NCBI GenBank assembly: GCA_020184695.1
Contig: JAANOX010000165.1
Span: forward strand, 1-13,491
Direction of reading: 5' to 3'
Origin: Histomonas meleagridis 2922-C6/04-290x
Taxonomy: Eukaryota > Protista > Parabasalia
Length of the DNA: 13,491 nucleotides
The notes under the pieces were generated by a model. The model was not told the origin of the DNA and did no database searches. It worked only from the letters and a program-made list of their open reading frames with translations. A program made the translations under genes and the position numbers. This document shows positions 7,371 to 13,491 of the stretch, one piece after another; the first letter of the stretch is position 1; each line of letters starts with the position of its first letter.

Positions 7371-8997
7371 ATGTATTATAATGATACGCAATCTAAAAAT
7401 GAACAAGATGATCAAGGTAATGTTGGTGCTTATTTTGATCATCTTAAAGATTTAATTGCTAAAAATGATGGTACTCGTTCTATTATTTTAAGAACTGAAG
7501 ATTGTCATGATCAAAATGCACCTTTTAATCAATCACAAGAAACTAGATTAAGAATTACTCATGGTGATCATATGGTTTCACAAATAACTGAAGGTTTTAT
7601 TAATTTTAAACTTAGAATAACTGTACAATTATCAAAAGCTATTTCATCTAGTAATTTGACAGATCCTGAGAATTTAGCTAAAATATTTATAGGTTTTAAG
7701 AGTTCTAATCAATTATTAGATCAATGACAAATTATGTCTAATAATATTTCTACTGGTTATCAACAAAATGAATGTTGTCGTGAAGGTTATTGTTATTCTA
7801 CAATTAAACCCTATGCTGAAAAGAAAACTAGAAAATATACACATTCTTTATATGAAAATGTTTCAGAATATTCTCAATCTGTTTGTGGTACTTATGTTGA
7901 TTTAAATACAATTGCAGATGGAAATAAACATGATATCGAATTTGAAATGAATCTTCCATTTGAAGATATATTAGCTTTACAAGCATTTGATTTATATCCA
8001 AATAGATTAGTTGGTGATATTGAATTAAAGTTTTATGTTATTCAAAATGGTTTAATTTGGTGTCAAGTAGATCCACGTAAAATTAAAGAAGTTAAAGAAT
8101 TTTTAGAAGATTCTTCTATTAATGCTACATTTAATAATTTACCTTTATTTACTCATGGTTTTACTCAAATTGGTAATTCTGCTAATATAACTACTACATT
8201 TAAATGTGATACTGAAACTAATCATACTATTGATACTGCAACTGAGAATGTTTCTTTATATTGTACAGGTTTAACAGTAGTTTCATGTAAATCTAATATG
8301 TTTGGATTTGGAGTTAAAGAAGAAACTTTAAATAAAATAGCTCAAATACTTCAACAACCTGGAGGTTTATTAATTCCTTCACAACAATTAGATTATAATG
8401 CATTTGCTTTAGCTGCTACTGAATCTGGTATACAATCTACTATTAATATGCCTTTATTTAATGTTACAACTATTACAGTTGTATTTCCAAAAACATGCTA
8501 ATGATTATACTTGTTTTGATAATCCTATTTATAATAATGTACAATTAACTATTGCAGGTCAAAATTATCCTGATGAACCAGTAAGTACTTTAGGTGCTAG
8601 ATTTTTACAATATCAATTAGTTGCTTCTGATTTAGATGGTGGTATACAATGTACTAAAGAATTCGAAGATTCTTTAACTATGGATAGAAATGATTCTAAT
8701 GGTACAAGATATAATAATACATTAAGTGATGCTACCTCATTTATGCTTAATATACAATGTGAACGTTCGCGTGGTGGTTACGTATTTGATGGTTTAGATT
8801 CTAATGGACAAAATATACCAATACAAATTAAGGGACAACCTATTTATACACAAGCTAATGACACTTATTATAATGTCGATGATGCTGGAAATCATCCACC
8901 TGCACCACAATTATTTATATGTCGTGATACTTATTTCACATTAGATTTGCATAACGGTTTGAAATATTATGCTAATGGTACTCCTGATGGTTATTAA
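7371..8997 (+). pseudogene. Probable major capsid protein (about 540 aa), interrupted by one TGA and one +1 frameshift
   Basis: ORFs 7371-7727 and 7734-8501 are in the same frame, separated only by TGA 7725-7727 (LLDQ*QIMSNN). Removing one A from the A5 run at 8489-8493 joins 8461-8997 (VVFPKHANDYTCFDNP). Beta-strand-like, Asn/Thr/Gly-rich sequence, and its size and position suit a double jelly-roll MCP; fold not verified. Confidence 0.7.
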
Positions 8998-9064
8998 ATA
9001 AAAAATTATTTCCAATTAGATCTCATTTTTTTTAGATTAAAAAAAATTGAAATTATTTTTTTGT

Positions 9065-9304
9065 TTAGTGGATGACTGCATAGATGGCTGCAGTTAGTTG
9101 TTCATAAAACTTTTGAACAACATCAGGGCGCAAATTTGGTCCAGAAGTTTCGATCCAATGCATGAGTAAATCTACACTTCCTGGTACAAGGCATTCGATT
9201 GGCTCTCGTGTGTTCTCATACGTGCTTCAATGGACGAGAAAAGTCACAATACCATTCTCGAATCTAATTGCCGAGATGCTTTGGACGCTATACTCAGGTT
9301 CCAT
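9065..9304 (-). pseudogene. 79-codon chromodomain-containing ORF with one in-frame TGA (absent from the ORF track)
   Basis: MEPEYSVQSISAIRFENGIVTFLVH*STYENTREPIECLVPGSVDLLMHWIETSGPNLRPDVVQKFYEQLTAAIYAVIH*; fits EY.VE.I...R...G...YLVKW..Y..TWEP.E.L, with TGA (9227-9229) at the conserved Trp; AAAATG start context. Confidence 0.72.
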
Positions 9305-9326
9305 TTTAGTTGGAAAAAATATGATG

Positions 9327-11246
9327 CCAGTGATGAACAAATATTCAAAGGCCCTGATTGTGGATTTAAATTATTAAATTATTTACCAAATAACTCAACT
9401 TGTTATTTCCATAATTTAGCTTATGATTCTAAATTTATTGCTAAATTTGGAATAATAAAAATCCACAATTAAGGGTACAAAAGTATTATCAATGGACGTT
9501 AAATTCAATGATAAATTAATTTATTTTAGAGACACATTACCTATTCTTACCTGCAAACTTAAATTATTACCTTCAATGTTTGGTATTGAAGGAATCAAAA
9601 AAGAATTATTCCCCTACCGTTATTACACCTTAGAACGTTTAAAATCTGGGGTAGGGTTAATCGATGAAGCAGGTATTTATGAAGACAAACCTTGGGATGA
9701 AAACAAATATGTTGAATTCTTTACGAATATCAATAACATCCCTAATTGTCGCATAGATGAAGCCACTTTTAACATGTGGGAATATGCGATATTTTATTGT
9801 CGTCAAGACGTTACTATATTACGGGAAGGGTTTAACAGATTCTGCATTGGTTTTCAACAATCATTTAATATTTCACCTTTTAATTATTTATCTATTTCTT
9901 CTTTAGCCAATGCTGTATTTACAAACAAAGTTTATTCAGTTAATCAGAATTTATTTCAAGTAGGTGGTCACGTTAGACACTTTTTATCAAGAGCAGTTTA
10001 TGGAGGTAGATGCATGACTGCATACAACAAAAAGTGGCATGTCAAAGAAGAATTATGTGACTTTGACGCCGTATCATTATATCCCTCCGCTATGGCTCGT
10101 ATAAGTGTTATTAACGGTCCACCGAAAGTTATTCAAGAAGATCAATTAAATTTAAATTACTTAAATGCAAATACAAATGCATATGTTGTTGAAATTCAAA
10201 TTACAAAAGTTAGCAAACATTATCCCTTCCCTCTTATAGTTCAAAAGATTAATGGTTTAAACCTAAATGACGACAATAACATTAGTGAAGAAAATCCCGT
10301 CACTATGGTCGTCGACAATATAGCCTTGGAAGATCTTATAGTTTACCAAAATATACAATTCAAACTAGTACAAGGTTATTATTGGGATGAGGGTTATGAT
10401 CCCACCATTCAAGGTGTTATCCAAGAAATATTCCAAAAACGGGTGGAATATAAACGTCAAAATAACCCTCTCCAACAAATATATAAATTAATTATGAATA
10501 GTTGTTACGGCAAAACGATAGAAAAGCCGATCAACAAGGAATGGAAGTATTTGAAGAAAGGCGATAGAGCCGATAACTACGCCTCTAAAAATTACTTCCG
10601 TATAATCGAACGCATAAAAATTGAAGATTCTGATATAGAATCCTTCAATATAAAACGTCCTATAGATAAGCATTTTAACTTATCATTATTAGGCGTTCAA
10701 GTATTAAGCATGTCGAAACGTATAATGAACGAAGTGATGTGCTTAGCATATGACATTGGCTGTAAAATCTTTTATCAAGATACAGACTCAATGCATATAG
10801 TAAAATCGGATTTACCTAAATTAGAAACAGCCTTCGAGACTAAATATAATAGAAAATTAATAGGTAATAATTTAGGGCAATTCCATTCCGATTTTACTAG
10901 TGATGATGATAGAAGCGATGTCAACTGCGCAGTTGAAAGCTACTTCATCATGAAGAAAACCTATATCGATAAATTATTATATAATGATGGTGGTATAGGT
11001 TATATGTCTAGGGCAAAAGGTATACCTACCGATACTAGATATATACATGCAAATCTTGATTATGATGATGATATAATGAAATTGTATCGTTCTTTATATA
11101 AAGGTAATGAAATAGAATTTAATTTATTATTAGGTACAACCAAATTTAAATTAAATTCTAATCAAACTATCACTAATGTCGAAAAGTTCCCGAGAACGTT
11201 AAAGACCACATATGAAAAAGGAGACGTTAACAACTATTTTAAATAA
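9327..11246 (+). pseudogene. Protein-primed family B DNA polymerase (pPolB); 5'-truncated or atypical, with one +1 frameshift
   Basis: ExoII YFHNLAYD, ExoIII YCRQDV, motif A DFDAVSLYPSAM, motif B KLIMNSCYGK, motif C YQDTDS, and K-Y...KG. Removing one A from the A5 run at 9457-9461 joins the two ORFs (GIIKSTIKGTKVLSMDV). No ExoI DxE motif found upstream. The start coordinate marks where similarity becomes visible. Confidence 0.95.
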
Positions 11247-11463
11247 GTAAAAAGTGCAATCGTTATTTTGTATCGTTCTTCTGAATTTTTTTGTTTTGAA
11301 TGTACAGTTCTATCGTCATTCAAAAAGTGAAAAGTGCCAAAATGCTTAACGGTTTTTGAGCGTAACTTTGAAAATGAATGGTTTATATTTTATATCTCTC
11401 AAAGTCGGGCCATGTAAGATTATATCAAAATTGTGATACATTCAATTGACTTCACTGAATAAT

Positions 11464-12790
11464 ATGCAAACTAATAATAATTGCATGTGTGTGATGGAGG
11501 GTGAACGAAAGGCTTCCAGCGAATCAACCATAACCTCGAATAACATAAGTCCAGTTTGTGTTTTGGGTAACGTGGCACAAGGGGAAAAGTTGGACGTAGT
11601 GCCCCCCGGTGGAAGCCAACGCAGTACTGTTGATAGTGAAAACAAAACACAGGGCACATTTCCTGTGTTGGGCGTAATTCGCGACTCCAGAACTGGGACT
11701 TCTGTGTTAAGTGAGGAATCTGAGCTTGAGAGTATGTCTTCTTCTCAGTCTGAGTCGGAAGAACCTCCTAGACCCAAGAACTGGAAGTATGAGTTCCCTT
11801 ATTATTTCGATGAGGGTAACGATGATTCTTCTAGTCAAGCATTCTCGCAAGAGATGAATGGGTACTATGAAGTTGAATCAATAGTAAACTTCATGGTGGA
11901 GGAAGACTCAAATGGAGTCGGCAATGCACTTTGGTGTGTTTGTTGGAAAAGAATAAAGGGTGAACCAACACCCCTAAACAATTGGGAACCAACAAAACAC
12001 TCTTAGTCATTGTAAGAACGCGGTAGCCTTCTTTATAGCTATGCTTAAAGATGGTAGTTCCAAGAAGTTTTCTCCACCTTCTTCGCGTTTGATTCCTGCA
12101 CTGAGAGCCGCTGAAGCCGGTAACTTGTTTACTGCGCAAGAGTATCAGAGGTACTTTCATACCAATAGGTCTACTCTTCTGGGTATGAGACAAAAGTATC
12201 TAGACATTCAGCGGAAAGAAGACGATTTGGTGTTCTACCTGAAGGGCATTGATAGTACTCCACGTACTAAAAAAGCTGAACAACATGCCCTAAGGGTAGT
12301 CATCAAAAAAGGCTGGGATAATCTAAGCCACGATTCTCGAGAAAATGTTTACTCGAGAATGGACGAACTAAGGTTCGAATGTCCAGTGGCACATAGATTC
12401 ATTTCTCAGCTATACTCTCGCGAGCGTCAAATAGAAAGGTTTCCTGCAGTTGTCCCTAAGCCACTGCATGATAGTGTTCATCCTGAAAAGTTTGAAACTA
12501 AAAATAATAATACTAAAAAGGATGATCCACCACCTAAAAAGCAGTACTTAGAGGACATTCATCCGGATACTGAGGAAATCTTTCTAAATGACCCCGTTTT
12601 AAAGCCAGTAGCCTTAATGGCACCGCGTCCTCGGGAGGATTATGAAGTTGGTCTACCAAAAACAAGAGCTCCCGATGAGATTGCGTATGCCAAGAAATAC
12701 CCCCATCTAAAGGTGGTTACGCCTAGGACAAGACCTCAACTTTCACGAAAGAGTCCTAAAAGGCCACAAGATCCACCAGGAAGTCATTAA
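11464..12790 (+). pseudogene. About 441-aa protein with a central chromodomain, split by a +1 frameshift at 12001
   Basis: GYYEVESIVNFMVEEDSNGVGNALWCVCWKRIKGEPTPLNNWEPTKH; skipping T12001 continues LSHCKNAVAFFIAMLKDG into ORF 12041-12790, completing the WEP..NL.HC...I..F chromodomain helix. Ser/Glu-rich N-terminus and Pro/Lys-rich C-terminus. Confidence 0.8.
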
Positions 12791-12843
12791 ATAAGTAAAA
12801 AATGACTTACTCCAATATTTTTTTATTAATAATAATTTTCATT

Positions 12844-13224
12844 TTAAGTGTTTTCTTCTTGAGTTTGTTGAGTTAATGTATTAGCGTATTGTTGCAATAC
12901 ATTTAATTTACCTAAGTAAGCATTATATTTATTTAAATCATTATTAAATATTTGATTTAACAATTCCATTTTAGATATTTGATAAGCTTGATCCAATTGT
13001 TCAGGCGTTATATTTTGTAAAGGATTCTTTATAGTAGGATGATATTTTTCATCTATAAATTTATAAATTTGTTTTCTAAGTAAATTATGATATTTATTAT
13101 ACACAGTTACAGTTACTGTTATTACATTTTTATTTTTTACAATAGAAAAGGAAGGTTTAATATTAATTGCACTAAAATCACAATCTTTAAATTCTTGTGC
13201 AAAGCATGTATAAAGAGCTTCCAT
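12844..13224 (-). CDS. Hypothetical 126-aa protein
   Basis: ORF track; AATCACTTCATT motif (reverse complement at 13232-13243) upstream; the TAA stop is part of TAAA. Confidence 0.7.
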   Translation of the reverse strand: MEALYTCFAQEFKDCDFSAINIKPSFSIVKNKNVITVTVTVYNKYHNLLRKQIYKFIDEKYHPTIKNPLQNITPEQLDQAYQISKMELLNQIFNNDLNKYNAYLGKLNVLQQYANTLTQQTQEENT

Positions 13225-13231
13225 TAATAAT

Positions 13232-13243
13232 AATGAAGTGATT
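13232..13243 (-). promoter_or_regulatory. Double initiator-like motif AATCACTTCATT
   Basis: Plus strand reads AATGAAGTGATT; see 6186-6197. Confidence 0.55.
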
Positions 13244-13263
13244 TTATAAAATTATTTTATTTT

Positions 13264-13491
13264 ATGGAAAACGATATTAATATTGATGCCTTAGATAATA
13301 TGATTGATTATTGTTTATATAAAAATAAACCTAAATTAAATGAAGAATTAATAAGTGAAATTCATCCAGAAGTAAAATGTACCTTATAATTCTATAAATA
13401 TAGTAGTAGGTAGACAAAGAAGTGGGAAAACTCAATGTATAATTAGAGAAATTATTAAAATTAGTAATATTAGTCCTAGAACTCATTTATT
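13264..13491 (+). pseudogene. 5' part of an A32/FtsK-like genome-packaging ATPase, frameshifted near 13381 and cut by the window end
   Basis: ATG 13264 (MENDINIDALDNMIDY..HPEVKC); the +1 frame from 13382 reads PYNSINIVVGRQRSGKTQCIIREIIKIS, with Walker A GxxxxGKT at 13409-13432 after a hydrophobic strand. Confidence 0.85.

Larger units (their letters stand above)
6204..13491. mobile_element. Endogenous Polinton/Maverick-like virus; left boundary uncertain, right part beyond the window
   Basis: Compact intronless cluster of protein-primed PolB, Walker-A packaging ATPase, a capsid-sized ORF and a small amphipathic protein, which is the established Polinton/PLV gene set. No rve integrase, protease or terminal inverted repeat is visible in the window. 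Confidence 0.85.

Noticed and set aside
7725-9229. TGA recoding (Trp or Sec) suggested by in-frame TGAs at 7725 and 9227
   Set aside because: TGG is used for Trp throughout, only one TGA falls on a Trp position, and single substitutions or errors explain both.
9162-9377. 71-aa plus-strand ORF MSKSTLPG...
   Set aside because: No recognisable motif; the opposite strand gives a coherent chromodomain.
8481-9472. Programmed +1 frameshifting in MCP and pPolB
   Set aside because: No shared slippery motif beyond an A5 run and no stimulatory structure seen; indel mutation or sequencing error is simpler.
10488-12193. Minus-strand ORFs 10488-10673, 11442-11657, 11471-11659 and 11891-12193
   Set aside because: Antisense to pPolB or the chromodomain gene; no independent evidence.

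Overview
AT-rich eukaryotic (non-bacterial) window made of nested, mostly decayed mobile DNA. A parabasalid/metamonad protist host (Trichomonas-like) is inferred from TCAYT initiator motifs, stop-overlapping TAAA signals and a Myb remnant; this is inference, not a database match. Left to right: (i) a GC-rich cascade of hairpins (1-157); (ii) a Myb-like remnant and an inverted relic of a Polinton DNA polymerase 3' end (920-1062); (iii) a full-length but disrupted Mutator/MULE transposase (1903-3671) followed by a 23-bp minisatellite; (iv) a decayed DIRS/Crypton-type tyrosine recombinase (5498-4588, minus) bracketed by a 49-bp inverted repeat and extra hairpins; (v) from about 6200 to the window end, an endogenous Polinton/Maverick-like virus. 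Its genes are a protein-primed PolB, an A32-like packaging ATPase (cut by the window end), a probable major capsid gene, a small amphipathic protein resembling adenovirus pVI, an 87-nt intergenic hairpin, and two chromodomain genes flanking the polymerase. Neither chromodomain gene appears whole in the ORF track: one is antisense and broken by a TGA, the other is split by a +1 frameshift. All alignments and motif calls were made by eye; no searches were run.
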